NCBI GenBank assembly: GCA_963717145.1
Contig: OY970325.1
Coordinates: 4,736,001-4,800,000, forward strand
Length of the DNA: 64,000 nucleotides
Origin: an uncultured Armatimonadetes bacterium
Lineage (GTDB): Bacteria > Armatimonadota > UBA5829 > DTJY01
Direction of reading: 5' to 3'
Shown: positions 1 to 11,298 of the stretch, piece by piece
How the letters are laid out: every line of letters starts with the position of its first letter
Numbering within the stretch: the stretch's first letter is position 1
Notes under the pieces: model-generated
Database searches by the model: none
The model's input: only the letters and a program-made list of their open reading frames with translations
Told to the model about the DNA's origin: nothing
Program-made: the position numbers and the translations under genes

Positions 1-207
1 TCCTGCATAATCGATCCCAGGGGCAGAGTGCTCGAGGGCCTTCCGATATTCGAGCAGGGCTCCATCTCGGCGACAGTGGAGTGCCTCGGTGGGAAGACGT
101 TCTACACGCGGCACGGAGACTGGTTCGCTTACGCGATGCTGTTGCTCGTGGGACTGGCCTGCGCCGTCGCCATCGGAAAGGGCAGATGCCGGGAGGTGAA
201 GCCGTGA
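1..207 (+). CDS. lnt: Apolipoprotein N-acyltransferase, 3' end (partial)
   Basis: Manual frame-1 translation SCIIDPRGRV...TFYTRHGDWFAYAMLLLV matches the Lnt C-terminal pattern (S.IIDP.G.V / TFY.R.GDWF + final TM). Stop TGA 205-207 overlaps the next GTG. Confidence 0.75.
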   Translation, partial: SCIIDPRGRVLEGLPIFEQGSISATVECLGGKTFYTRHGDWFAYAMLLLVGLACAVAIGKGRCREVKP

Positions 208-845
208 GAATCTACGATGTTTCCGTGATCATTTCGGACGAGATGCCGATCTACGGCGACGATCCGGCGGTCGAGATCGAGCTGATCAGCGCCATAGCCA
301 GGGGAGACGGGGCGAATGTCTCCCTGTTGAAGCTCGGATCGCACACCGGCACGCACGTCGATGCGCCATTCCACTTCGTCGAAGGCGGCATGACGATCGA
401 CCGCGTGCCGCTCGATGTGCTCGTGGGAGAGTGCTACGTCTGTGAGATTCCGCCAACATCATCGGGTGGGGGCGCCATCACCGTGTCCGACCTCGAATCG
501 TGCGGCTTGCCTCAGGGATGCCGCAGGATCCTCTTCAAGACCTCCAACTCCCGTCTGTGGGAGGACAACCAGTTCCACACGGATTTCGTGTACCTCGATC
601 CGGACGCCGCGACGTGGCTCGTCGATCGGGGCATTCAACTCGTCGGCGTCGATTATCTCTCGGTGGACCGCTTCAAGTCCGGCACGCACCCCACTCATAT
701 GCGACTTCTTGGATCGGGGGCGGTGGCCATCGAAGGTTTGGATTTGAGGGAGGTGACTCGGGGTACATACTTCCTGGTGTGCCTCCCGCTCAAGATCCGG
801 GAGGGGGACGCCGCTCCGGCCCGCGTGATTCTCATCGAGATGTAG
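204..845 (+). CDS. Cyclase family / kynurenine formamidase-like metal hydrolase
   Basis: HTGTHVDAPFH motif, GVDYLSVD, PLKI..GDAAPAR. GTG start at 204 after GGAGGTG in a GTGA overlap with lnt. Confidence 0.9.
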   Translation: MRIYDVSVIISDEMPIYGDDPAVEIELISAIARGDGANVSLLKLGSHTGTHVDAPFHFVEGGMTIDRVPLDVLVGECYVCEIPPTSSGGGAITVSDLESCGLPQGCRRILFKTSNSRLWEDNQFHTDFVYLDPDAATWLVDRGIQLVGVDYLSVDRFKSGTHPTHMRLLGSGAVAIEGLDLREVTRGTYFLVCLPLKIREGDAAPARVILIEM

Positions 846-942
846 TGGCCGTGCCTCCGTGCCGGCCTTCGGGTATCATTGCCGTGCCTCCGTGCCGGCT
901 TCGCTGTCTTGGATGGCCGGCACAGAGGCACGGCCACTACAT
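840..942. repeat. GTAG-type REP doublet, family A (GTAGTGGCCGTGCCTCCGTGCCGGCC), with a third partial copy at 881-899
   Basis: Inverted arms 840-867 and 915-942. Same unit at 26481-26534, 27096-27195 and 37740-37828. Supplies the cyclase TAG stop. Confidence 0.9.
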
Positions 943-964
943 GGTTGGTTATCAGAGGTAGACA

Positions 965-1519
965 ATGGCAGAGAAGATATGCCTCCAGCCGCTGGGCCGG
1001 GTAGATGACGATGTGCTCGAGAGCATACGTCAGGCGGTCACTAGCGACCTGGGCCTCCACGCGGAGAGCCTGAGCCCATTCGAAGTCCCAAGCCGCGCAT
1101 TCAGCCCCGAGAGAGCCCAGTACCACTCTACGGCGGTGTTGGCATATCTGATGGGGCAAGTCCCGGACGATGCGTTCCGAGTGCTCGGGGTTACAGATGT
1201 GGACCTGTTCGTGCCGCAGCTCAATTTCGTCTTCGGCGAGGCGACGGTCGAGGGCGCCGTCGGCATCATCTCCCTGCACCGCCTCCGTCCGGAGTTCTAC
1301 GGTGAGATCCCCGACGAGGACCTCTTGGGCGAGCGCGCGGTGAAGGAAGCAGTGCATGAACTGGGGCATACCTTTGGGCTCAGGCACTGCTCGGATTCGG
1401 AGTGCGTGATGTACTTCTCGAACACCATAGCGGATACCGACCGTAAGTCAACCTGCTTCTGCGGTAACCACGCTGATCAACTGGCGGACAGGCTCGGGCC
1501 GCTTCGGGCAGCAGCGTAA
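965..1519 (+). CDS. Archaemetzincin family Zn metalloprotease (peptidase M54)
   Basis: HELGHTFGLRHC zinc motif followed by C..M..S and C..C cysteines; DLFVPQLNFVFGEA. Confidence 0.9.
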   Translation: MAEKICLQPLGRVDDDVLESIRQAVTSDLGLHAESLSPFEVPSRAFSPERAQYHSTAVLAYLMGQVPDDAFRVLGVTDVDLFVPQLNFVFGEATVEGAVGIISLHRLRPEFYGEIPDEDLLGERAVKEAVHELGHTFGLRHCSDSECVMYFSNTIADTDRKSTCFCGNHADQLADRLGPLRAAA

Positions 1520-1527
1520 GACACGGA

Positions 1528-1643
1528 CTCCCCTCCTTGATAAGGAGACGTCGGCTTGGCGTCTTTGGCGGTTCCATCTCCGGGTGACACCGCCGTGCAA
1601 ACCCCCTCGGCCGAGAGGCCGGTCCCCCTTCGTAAGGGGGACA
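1528..1643. repeat. Short palindromic REP-like units between convergent genes (CCCCTCCTTGATAAGGAG; GTCCCCCTTCGTAAGGGGGAC)
   Basis: Two purine/pyrimidine-block hairpins at about 1528-1547 and 1601-1643. May also act as bidirectional terminators. Confidence 0.5.
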
Positions 1644-1661
1644 TGTCTCGCCGCAGTCTGA

Positions 1662-3317
1662 CTAAGCGGCCATCGGAAGCTCGTCGTCGGTCGAAGTGTA
1701 GAACCGATCGAGTACCCCCGACGACAGAAGACCTTTCAGCACCTCGACGACCACCGGGTCGAACTCCGACCCCGCTCCTCTGTTCAACTGCTCGACTCTC
1801 TGCGCGGCTGACAGCGCCTTGCGGTACGGCCTGTCGGAACTCATCGCATCGAGAGAGTCCACGGCGCAGATAATCCTCAGCGGCAGAGGCTGCTGGTCGG
1901 ACGGAAGCTGGTCCGGGTAGCCGGTCCCGTTCAGGCGCTCCTGATGGTGTCGGATCAGGAAGAGCGCCTCCTGGCCGAGATCGAGCGGCCGGCAGATGTT
2001 CTCGCCCATGGTCGGATGCGTATGGATGATGATACGCTCCTCGGGGGTGAGCTTGCTCGGCTTCTGAAGCACGGAGTCCGGCACCCCGATCTTCCCGATG
2101 TCGTGAAGAAGCGCCGCGTTCTTGATGATCTCGATCACATGGTCCGGGAGGCCGAGTTCGGTCGCCACGATGCTCGATATCTCGGAGACGCGGTAGGAAT
2201 GGCCCTGCGTGTACGGGTCTCGCGCCTCGAGACTCCTCGCCAATGATTGCAGGACCTTCAGGAAGGTCGATCGCAGTTCGCGGTAGAGATTCGAGTTCAC
2301 TATGCCCATCGATGCATGGATCGCCAGTGTCCGGAGCAGATCGAGGTCCTCCTGTCCGAATACGGCGCCCGCGACGTCGGAATAGACGCTCAGCGTGCCT
2401 ACGATCTTGACGTCGCCGACCCTGCGAGAGCCCACGGCCTGACTCGTTCGCTCGACCAACGGTACGCACATCATCGGCCTTTCGCGAGCGCCCGGCACTC
2501 CGGCCGCCTCCTCCGCCGTCCCGGTCTGCAGCATCACGGCCTGACCCGTTGCGACCACTGAGCGCTCCACCACGAAGTCGTCAGCCTCAGTACCCTCCGG
2601 CACATCGCCGGCCGCGTGTCTTGACACGGACTGGCGAAGCTCTCCCGAGACTGGATCCACCAGGACTATTCCACCGCCGGACGATCCGGTCTCGCATACC
2701 GCGGTATCGAGCACGTGGTTGAGCAACTGATCGAGATCACCCGCTGTGGTGAACTTTGTGCCGCATTCGAACAGGGCCGAGAGCTTTTTCTCCTTCATGC
2801 GCATGTTCTCGTCCTGCCTGCGAAGAGCGATGATGTAGGTTGCCACGAGCGTCGACGCCAGCAGGGCCACCACATCCTGGGTCATCTCGCTGACGAAGTT
2901 GCCCATCATGTGACCGGCGGACAGAGTGTAGAAGACGCAGCCGATGTCAAGCACGAGCGTCCCGACGAGAGCGACCAGAGTTGCCATGAAGCGGTTGTAC
3001 GAGTAGGCGGTCGCGACAATTACGAATGCATACAGCAGGCAGAGGTCCGCGCCGGCGGAGCCGTGCGCGCAGGAGGCCAACGTGATGACGCCCGCATCCA
3101 GCACCCGGGTCACGGGTATCATGGTCCGGCCGTAGCGGATGTAGGCCTCTTTGTCCGAGGCTATCTGCGAGGCGATCGCGTTGTAGACGAACACGCCTCC
3201 CATCACCACGAGGGATGCGAGCTTGAGCGCATGATCATCCACCATGAGCGCGCCGGCGATGAGGACCGCCCATCGCAACCTGACAACGAGAAGCTCTGCT
3301 CTGCGTCTTTCTTCCAT
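1662..3317 (-). CDS. Membrane-anchored GAF + HD-GYP protein (putative cyclic-di-NMP phosphodiesterase)
   Basis: N-terminal TM helices, GAF-like middle, RDPYTQGHS, HDIGK, HHQERLNGTGYP, DRPYRKA. Confidence 0.9.
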   Translation of the reverse strand: MEERRRAELLVVRLRWAVLIAGALMVDDHALKLASLVVMGGVFVYNAIASQIASDKEAYIRYGRTMIPVTRVLDAGVITLASCAHGSAGADLCLLYAFVIVATAYSYNRFMATLVALVGTLVLDIGCVFYTLSAGHMMGNFVSEMTQDVVALLASTLVATYIIALRRQDENMRMKEKKLSALFECGTKFTTAGDLDQLLNHVLDTAVCETGSSGGGIVLVDPVSGELRQSVSRHAAGDVPEGTEADDFVVERSVVATGQAVMLQTGTAEEAAGVPGARERPMMCVPLVERTSQAVGSRRVGDVKIVGTLSVYSDVAGAVFGQEDLDLLRTLAIHASMGIVNSNLYRELRSTFLKVLQSLARSLEARDPYTQGHSYRVSEISSIVATELGLPDHVIEIIKNAALLHDIGKIGVPDSVLQKPSKLTPEERIIIHTHPTMGENICRPLDLGQEALFLIRHHQERLNGTGYPDQLPSDQQPLPLRIICAVDSLDAMSSDRPYRKALSAAQRVEQLNRGAGSEFDPVVVEVLKGLLSSGVLDRFYTSTDDELPMAA

Positions 3318-3351
3318 ACTATCAGTACTTCCTTTCAGCGGGATCCGCCGG

Positions 3352-4464
3352 CTAATCGGTCACAACGACCTGGTTGCCGGCATCCGATGTGTCGGCCGTC
3401 TCATAGCCGGGCAGGTGCATTCGGTACCCGAGGTCCGACGTCTTGTAGTCCGGATCAGCGGTGAACCTCAGCCTTCTCACGCTGCTGAACGAGTCCGCGG
3501 CGAGGCCGCCCTTCCTGAAAGTCATGTCCCAGTCCGCCTTGAACCAGGCCGTTCCCGCGTTGTTGTGAACGAAATAGAACCCATCAACCATATTATTGGC
3601 AATCCTGGTCCAGAGACCACCCGTTATCACCATTGCTAGCTTGTCCGTGGACGAGTTGGCGTAGAGAAGCTCGTCCGTAACTTCGACATTGCCGTTCACG
3701 ACGATCAAGCCTTTGCCCGATATGGCGCCCTTAATAGTCAGTCTGCCGTTGATATAGACGACCTCGTATGGAACGTTGAACGTCAGGCCGCTGTTGAATG
3801 TCTGGTCGCCGTTGAATGTGCGGTTTGCCCGCGAGGCGTAGTACGACAAGTCGACTGATGGAAGCTGGTAGTACCCGCTTACGGTGAGTTGGGATGCGGA
3901 TGCAGAGAGCAGGTAGCTGCTGTAGAGGTAACCTGCTATGCACACTCTTCCGTTCACCGCCATTCCGGCGTTAAGGTCCAGTGAGCCGTTGATGTACACG
4001 TCGCCGTTCTGCCCTCCACTGCCGGTATCGATGGACCACCAACTCGTGTACCCGGAGTCGAGCATCAGCGCCCATTCGGATGGTCGTATGCGACTCCGCA
4101 CGATCCGCTGTCTGCGCTGAGAGAGATTGTCCGACTGGCCGGTGCAGGCGATCTGGACCGTGTCCCGCAGGCCGGCATTGTCGGATATCGTGACGGTGAA
4201 CGAGCCCTTCCCGAGCTGCCTTGTCTCTGTGTAAGGCAGTGTGACGCCGCAGTATCGGTACTTCCAGTATCCATAGTTGATGCCGGCATCTGCCAGGTAG
4301 ATGGCGCGATCTGCATCGACTCTGTTGCCACCCTGGAGCGTTGCCCCGCCAACCATGCGCAAGAGCGCGATGCCGAGCATGAAGCCAACGATCAGAGTGA
4401 TCATCGCCATCAGATACGCGGCGCCGCTGTTCTTATTCCTAGTTGTGATTGCGCAGATAGACAT
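3352..4464 (-). CDS. PilX/GspK-like minor pilin with beta-rich C-terminal domain
   Basis: Basic leader ending SG|AAYLMAMI, hydrophobic helix, AIYLADAGI motif typical of PilX N-termini. Confidence 0.7.
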   Translation of the reverse strand: MSICAITTRNKNSGAAYLMAMITLIVGFMLGIALLRMVGGATLQGGNRVDADRAIYLADAGINYGYWKYRYCGVTLPYTETRQLGKGSFTVTISDNAGLRDTVQIACTGQSDNLSQRRQRIVRSRIRPSEWALMLDSGYTSWWSIDTGSGGQNGDVYINGSLDLNAGMAVNGRVCIAGYLYSSYLLSASASQLTVSGYYQLPSVDLSYYASRANRTFNGDQTFNSGLTFNVPYEVVYINGRLTIKGAISGKGLIVVNGNVEVTDELLYANSSTDKLAMVITGGLWTRIANNMVDGFYFVHNNAGTAWFKADWDMTFRKGGLAADSFSSVRRLRFTADPDYKTSDLGYRMHLPGYETADTSDAGNQVVVTD

Positions 4465-5047
4465 AACGCTTGAGAGTCAGGCTCTCGGTATCCTTGCCGT
4501 GCTTCTGCTGGGCCGTCATCGTCACCTGTACGAGCTTGCGTGTGCCCGAGGTGTAGATCACCTGAAGTGAAAGAGACTGGACCGGCGATACGCGCCCGAT
4601 CCGCGAATTCGGCAGCAGACTCCAGCCTGCGTCAGGACTGCCATTGACGCGCTTCCAAAGGATGTCACCTTTGGTCGATGGTGAACCGGTGTAGTTCGAC
4701 AGGTAGAAGATCACCTCGTCGCCGGTGTGATATCTAAGCTCAGCGTTGCTCTCCCAGCAGGGTAGATAGTCCCCGCCGCTATCCTTGTCCCTCGGGACCC
4801 AAATCTTGAAGGTGCCGTAAATGTCCGTATCGGCATTTGCAGCCAGATCGATCACCTTGCACATGCGAGTCATCCCGAGCGAGGCTGTCATATACGTGCT
4901 GCTTGCCGCCTGTCCCCGGTCCCATAGCTGCAAAGCATACACGTAGACGCCACAGACAGCCGTCACTATGAGAGCCGTGAGTCCGCAGGCGATCATCAGC
5001 TCGATCAGTGTCATGCCGGAGCGATGGTTGCGGCTAGATATCGCCAT
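4439..5047 (-). CDS. Prepilin-type minor pilin (PilW/GspJ-like)
   Basis: Class III signal RSG|MTLIELMIA. Confidence 0.8.
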   Translation of the reverse strand: MAISSRNHRSGMTLIELMIACGLTALIVTAVCGVYVYALQLWDRGQAASSTYMTASLGMTRMCKVIDLAANADTDIYGTFKIWVPRDKDSGGDYLPCWESNAELRYHTGDEVIFYLSNYTGSPSTKGDILWKRVNGSPDAGWSLLPNSRIGRVSPVQSLSLQVIYTSGTRKLVQVTMTAQQKHGKDTESLTLKRYVYLRNHN

Positions 5048-5498
5048 AGGTCATGCTTCCCTCTTTGAAGGGCCTGGCGATCAAGGTACGGTAGACGACC
5101 CTCCCTGCCAGGTACTTGGCTCTGTCATTCCCGGGCCATGAGATCTGGACGGTCACGAGCTTCAGGTACTTGGAGTCGGTTGTCGGGTAGCATTGTACCT
5201 GCACGGTCTTGGAATTGCCCGCAGGAAGCTCGTCCACGGTGTACGTCGTGCTGCCGACCTGGAGGGTGTCGTAAGTGACGGTCATCGCGCCGTCCAGCGT
5301 ACCCTGGGCATCGAGCGATGCGATTCGCTCGTATGTGGCCTTCTTCTGGTAGTTGATCGCTACGGGAAACAGGCTGGCGAGCACGACCACGGCAATCGAT
5401 AGAATGCTTACGGCTACGAGGATCTCGACCAGGGTCATGCCTCGGTTACCGATTGCCCGCCTGGAGGCCTCTGACTCGGGTCTGCTCAGTGGAAGCAT
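5034..5498 (-). CDS. Prepilin-type minor pilin (PilV/GspI-like)
   Basis: NRG|MTLVEILVA and C-terminal VTVQISW. Start chosen at ATG 5498 (uncertain). Confidence 0.8.
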   Translation of the reverse strand: MLPLSRPESEASRRAIGNRGMTLVEILVAVSILSIAVVVLASLFPVAINYQKKATYERIASLDAQGTLDGAMTVTYDTLQVGSTTYTVDELPAGNSKTVQVQCYPTTDSKYLKLVTVQISWPGNDRAKYLAGRVVYRTLIARPFKEGSMTYGDI

Positions 5499-5514
5499 GG
5501 TACCTTCCGTCCAC

Positions 5515-5575
5515 AAAAACAAAGGGGGTCCTGACCGCCGGCACCGACTCGCGGTTCCGGCTGTTCAGGACCCCA
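5515..5575 (-). terminator. Intrinsic terminator after the major pilin gene
   Basis: Minus strand GGGGTCCTGA...TCAGGACCCC long stem followed by TTTGTTTTTG. Confidence 0.7.
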
Positions 5576-5592
5576 CGTCTCACGGATTCAGA

Positions 5593-6030
5593 CTACCAGG
5601 TGTTGTAGTCTGTCCCGTCTGCACCTTTTCCTGTCGCACTCGCCGTGACCTTACCGACCGAGCCGTCTGCCGTGCTGTAAGTGAATGCACTGCCGGACAC
5701 CGGATCGTTCGGGATGGTATCCAGATACGGTCCATGCCAGTCGGTGGCCGTGATGGACTTGGCGGTTCCATCGGCGGCAAGTCCCGATGCTGGGGCGCTC
5801 GTGGCACTCAGGGCCGCGAGGGATGCGGGATGTGCACCTGTGTCTGTGTAGAACAGGGTCACCGCGTTTCGGATCAGCTTGAGGTCACTCCTGAGGGCCG
5901 ATTCCTTGCTCCTCGTGCCTGCGCCGACGAACTTCGGCAGGACTATGGCTGCCAGTACCGCCAGGACGACAATGACCACGAGCAGTTCTACCAGCGTGAA
6001 GCCCTTTCTCGATTTGCGTAAGAGATACAT
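5593..6030 (-). CDS. Major pilin/pseudopilin, GspG-like
   Basis: RKG|FTLVELLVVIVVLAVLAAIVLP; WHGPYL..IPNDP GspG-type motif; RBS GGAGGTG. Confidence 0.85.
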   Translation of the reverse strand: MYLLRKSRKGFTLVELLVVIVVLAVLAAIVLPKFVGAGTRSKESALRSDLKLIRNAVTLFYTDTGAHPASLAALSATSAPASGLAADGTAKSITATDWHGPYLDTIPNDPVSGSAFTYSTADGSVGKVTASATGKGADGTDYNTW

Positions 6031-6136
6031 ACTAACGTTTCACCTCCCCGTCTGAAACGGATTCGCGCTTTCGCGCGAGAGATAGTTTCTGCTGGACTTC
6101 CGTCGTCCTGCAGTGGTAGCAGACCGAACCCCCGGA

Positions 6137-6145
6137 ATTCTACCA
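6137..6145 (-). promoter_or_regulatory. Putative extended -10 promoter for the major pilin
   Basis: Minus strand TGGTAGAAT about 105 nt upstream of the ATG; no clear -35. Confidence 0.4.
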
Positions 6146-6180
6146 GTCTTTATCATTGTCGGTGTTGAATTTTGGATTCT

Positions 6181-6285
6181 GTAGGGGGCCTTCAACGGCC
6201 TCCCGGTGTTTCCATATCCCGGGAGGCCGTTGAAGGCCTCCCCTACGGGTGCGCCCGCCGGGAGGCCGTTGAAGGCCTCCCCTAC
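6181..6285. repeat. GTAG-type REP family B (GTAGGGGAGGCCTTCAACGGCCTCCC), three copies
   Basis: Copy 6181-6204 (one base shorter), inverted copies 6221-6246 and 6260-6285. Another copy lies inside a CDS at 33731-33756. Confidence 0.9.
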
Positions 6286-6287
6286 GG

Positions 6288-7508
6288 TCAGTGTTGCCCG
6301 CCTACGAGCGAGTAGATCGGCGCTATGATCGAGATCGCGATGAACCCAACCAGCGCTCCGAGTATGACTATCAGTACCGGCTCGATGATCGACGTGAGCC
6401 CCTTGATCCGTGCGTCGGCTTCCTGATAGTAGAACTGGGAAACCCTGAGGAGTAGATCGGGGAGCTGGCCGGTGCGTTCGCCTACGGACGTCATCTGGAT
6501 GAGCAGAGGCGGGAACTCCGGGCTCGACTTGAATGCTTCGGCGATCGAGCTTCCGCTCTCCACACTGCTTCTCGTGAACCGGTAGACTGCGCCGATGATC
6601 TGATTCCCGGACGCCTCTGCCGCCGTCTCGAGCGCGACCATGAGCGGCACCCCTCCGTTCAGTAGCGTGCCGAGCGCAAGGAGTGATCTCGATAGTACGA
6701 TCTTCCGCACGAGGTCGCCCGCGGGCGGCGCATGGAGTTTCAGCCAGTCGAGCCATCTGCGCCCGCTCTTGCTGTTCGCCACTACTCTGAGCGCAAAATA
6801 GGCGATCACCACACCGATGATGAGGGCGTACCAGTAGGCGAGCGTGAACCGACTGATCGCGAGAAGAGCTTTTGTCGTAGGTGGCAGTTCGGCGCCCATC
6901 TGCTTGAAGAGTGTCATGAACCGCGGCAGTACGAAGGTCACCAGCGCGACGACTGTGATCAGCGAGGCGACGACGACGATGATCGGGTACATCATCGCCG
7001 ATTTGACCTTGCGGATGATCTCCAGGTTGCTCTCCAGGTACTGGGCGAGCTGGTCCATCACCTGAGCAAGCTCACCGCCGGCCTCAGCCGTCTTCACCAT
7101 GTCCACGTAGAGCTGCGAGAAGACGCTCGGGTGCCGTGCCAGCGACTGGCTGAGGCTGTGTCCCTGGAGCACCTGCTGCCTCAGATCATTGACCACCGCC
7201 TGGAATGAGGGCGTCTTGACCTGCAGTTCCAGCGATTCGAGCGCTTCGATGATCTGCACGCCGGATGCGATCATGATGGCAAGCTGGCGGCTGAACATCG
7301 CCAGTTCTTCCAGCTTGACCTTGGTCTTTCTTGACCTGCGAGCGGCGACCGATCTGTGACGTGACTTCGAATGGGCGGACGAGAGCGATATCAACTGCAG
7401 TCCCATCTCCTGGACGCGGTCGATCGCGGCGGACTCTCCGTCCACCTCCACCTCGCCGGTCTGAACCTGTCCCCCGGCGCCTATGGCTCTATATGCGTAT
7501 GCGGGCAT
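6288..7508 (-). CDS. pilC: Type IV pilus / T2SS inner-membrane platform protein (PilC/GspF family)
   Basis: MPAYAYRA start after GGAGAG; FSRQLA, AEAGGEL, KVKSAMMYP, GERTGQL, IEPVLIV motifs. Confidence 0.9.
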   Translation of the reverse strand: MPAYAYRAIGAGGQVQTGEVEVDGESAAIDRVQEMGLQLISLSSAHSKSRHRSVAARRSRKTKVKLEELAMFSRQLAIMIASGVQIIEALESLELQVKTPSFQAVVNDLRQQVLQGHSLSQSLARHPSVFSQLYVDMVKTAEAGGELAQVMDQLAQYLESNLEIIRKVKSAMMYPIIVVVASLITVVALVTFVLPRFMTLFKQMGAELPPTTKALLAISRFTLAYWYALIIGVVIAYFALRVVANSKSGRRWLDWLKLHAPPAGDLVRKIVLSRSLLALGTLLNGGVPLMVALETAAEASGNQIIGAVYRFTRSSVESGSSIAEAFKSSPEFPPLLIQMTSVGERTGQLPDLLLRVSQFYYQEADARIKGLTSIIEPVLIVILGALVGFIAISIIAPIYSLVGGQH

Positions 7509-7544
7509 ACTCTCTCCTATCTGTGCAGGGTCACCCTTCCACCG

Positions 7545-7611
7545 TGGATGCTGAACCAAGTTCAGCATGACGCTTGCCCGATACGTCATGCTGAACTCGG
7601 TTCAGCATCCA
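7545..7611. repeat. Inverted pair of GTCATGCTGAACT..GTTCAGCATCC palindromic units
   Basis: Arms 7545-7572 and 7584-7611 are near-perfect reverse complements, each self-palindromic. Confidence 0.85.
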
Positions 7612-7635
7612 TGCAGGAGGGTGAACCTGCACAGA

Positions 7636-9348
<1,713 letters not shown>

Positions 9349-9350
9349 CG

Positions 9351-10706
9351 TTACTTGGCCTCCGGTCCTGACCCTGAACTTGATTCAGGGGATTCAGGAT
9401 CGCCTATTATCTGAGGTGTTATGACGATAACGATCTCGGACCTCGTCTTGTTGTTCTTGCGGAACTTGAACAGCTCGCCGAGGATCGGCACGTCGGACAG
9501 GAGAGGGACCCTGGACATGGACTGGATGTCTTCCTCCCTGAACAGGCCGCCGATCGCGATCGCCTCGCCGCTCTTCACTCTGAGCGTCGTCTGGGTTTCC
9601 CGCGTGCTGATCTGAGGGTAGCTCCCGACATCAGTCTTCAGGTAGCCGGTGACCGTGCTGACCTGCGGGTAGATGCCCAGCGTGATGTAGCCGTCCGAGC
9701 TGATCTTCGGGATTATCTGGAGGTAGATGCCGACTTTCTCCTCGGCCTTGTCAAAGATGGGAGTGCCGAGTTGTGTGTAGCCGATCAGAATCGGGTAGAG
9801 CAGCCGGTCACCGATGAGGATGCTCGCCCGCTCGGAATCCATGGCTGACAGACTTGGCTTGGCGAGAAGGCGCGCGTTTCCGTTGGTCACGAGGGCGCTG
9901 ATCGTTGCTTCCAGACTCATGCCCGACCGCGAGAACTTGCCGAACTGCATGACGCCGGGAGCAGGGCTCTCCTCGGTGAGGCCCACTTTGTTCCATGACC
10001 ACTGCACTCCGAGTTCCTTCAGCCCGGTTTCCGTTACGTCGAGTATCATCGCCTCGACGCGAGCCTGGGGGCGGGGCGTATCGAGCCGACGGCAGAGATC
10101 GATCGCCTCCTGCACCTGTGCCTTCGATCCCCTGATGATGAGTGTCTGCGATGCGGACGTATGTTGACTCTGGGCTGCCGAACCACCGGCGGCCGAGTCG
10201 CCGCCCGGATACGGACGGTCCGATCCGGATGCGAGCGTCGGGGTGATCGTGTCCGGCGCGCATGCGACGGTGAGGCCGGATATCATCAAACCGAGGGTCT
10301 CCTTCAGCTTATCAGGGCTGAGATAGTTGGACGTATAGAGCGCCATGACCGGTGGATCCGGCGTCACAGGAGGCGTGACCGCGTCCGGGTAGGCGTTCTT
10401 CAGGCTCTCAGGCTTGGCGACCACATACGCCGAGCCTTCCTTCTGCCAGCCGAACCCCTGCATCTTGACGATATAATCGAGTGCGTTCTCGAATGATACC
10501 TGCTTGAGCTGCACGGTGATCGTGCCCTTGACGTCGCTGCTCACGACGACATTCCGGCCCGACTGCAGTGACAGCGCATTCAGCACGTCGGAGATGTCCG
10601 TGCTGACCGCCTGCACATCGTGAAGCTGATCCGCCCGGCAAAAGCCGGACAGGATGAGCAACGCTACTCCAATGACTATCGAATCCCTGCTACTCAGTTT
10701 TCTCAT
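9351..10706 (-). CDS. Secretin (PilQ/GspD family), short form
   Basis: Signal peptide, N-domain with VKGTITVQLK, secretin core (RETQTTLRVKSGE.IAIGGL, VPLLSDVPILGELF). ATG 10706 after GGAG. Confidence 0.9.
   Translation of the reverse strand: MRKLSSRDSIVIGVALLILSGFCRADQLHDVQAVSTDISDVLNALSLQSGRNVVVSSDVKGTITVQLKQVSFENALDYIVKMQGFGWQKEGSAYVVAKPESLKNAYPDAVTPPVTPDPPVMALYTSNYLSPDKLKETLGLMISGLTVACAPDTITPTLASGSDRPYPGGDSAAGGSAAQSQHTSASQTLIIRGSKAQVQEAIDLCRRLDTPRPQARVEAMILDVTETGLKELGVQWSWNKVGLTEESPAPGVMQFGKFSRSGMSLEATISALVTNGNARLLAKPSLSAMDSERASILIGDRLLYPILIGYTQLGTPIFDKAEEKVGIYLQIIPKISSDGYITLGIYPQVSTVTGYLKTDVGSYPQISTRETQTTLRVKSGEAIAIGGLFREEDIQSMSRVPLLSDVPILGELFKFRKNNKTRSEIVIVITPQIIGDPESPESSSGSGPEAK
9365..9401. 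repeat. CCTGAACTTGATTCAGG-type palindrome inside the secretin 3' end
   Basis: GTCCTGACCCTGAACTTGATTCAGGGGATTCAGGATC, related to the unit at 7545-7611; encodes the DPESPESSSGSG tail. Confidence 0.6.
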
Positions 10707-11298
10707 GTACTCCAGATCCTCTCTCAATACTGAGGATTGAGAACGTGCCGCCATACCGAATGGCGACCGTTCCACTTATGATCTTGGCGACGATGACTCC
10801 GTCGCCGAGTTGATCTCCCTCATGGACAAAATGTGTCTTGCCCGAACCGTCTTTGATGATGGCCAGAGGCGCATCGCCGGATATCACCGCCTGGAGCTTC
10901 CAGCTCGGCGGTTGGGCTCCAGGCTTATCGGACGCCGGCCTCGATGTCTGCCCGGGTGGCAGAGGGTTGATCGGCCTCATCCCCTCGACCTTCAGCGGCG
11001 GCATCGGCAGCAGGTTGCCCGGCGGCAACTGCAGGCCGTTTGGCGCTCCCGTCTGCTTGGATCCCGGCATCGGCGGCGTGAAGAGCACCGGATGCCCGAA
11101 TGGATCTCGCGCGGGCGGGATGTCATCGAGCGCCGGAGCCGACCCGGTCTGCGCGGCCGATTGTGCTTCCTGTACGGCTGCACGGTTGCCGGCGCTGGCT
11201 GCTCCTCCCCTGATGCGCATCCACGTGACCGCCAGTGCTCCGATCAGGATGACGATCAGGGCGATTGTGACCGCGGGATTGTTCTTTGCGTCTTTCAT
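10690..11298 (-). CDS. PilP/GspC-like alignment protein (N-terminal TM, Pro-rich linker)
   Basis: RDPF motif, C-terminal beta domain (LQAVISG..PLAII..FVHEGD); position between pilO and the secretin. Confidence 0.6.
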   Translation of the reverse strand: MKDAKNNPAVTIALIVILIGALAVTWMRIRGGAASAGNRAAVQEAQSAAQTGSAPALDDIPPARDPFGHPVLFTPPMPGSKQTGAPNGLQLPPGNLLPMPPLKVEGMRPINPLPPGQTSRPASDKPGAQPPSWKLQAVISGDAPLAIIKDGSGKTHFVHEGDQLGDGVIVAKIISGTVAIRYGGTFSILSIERGSGVHEKTE

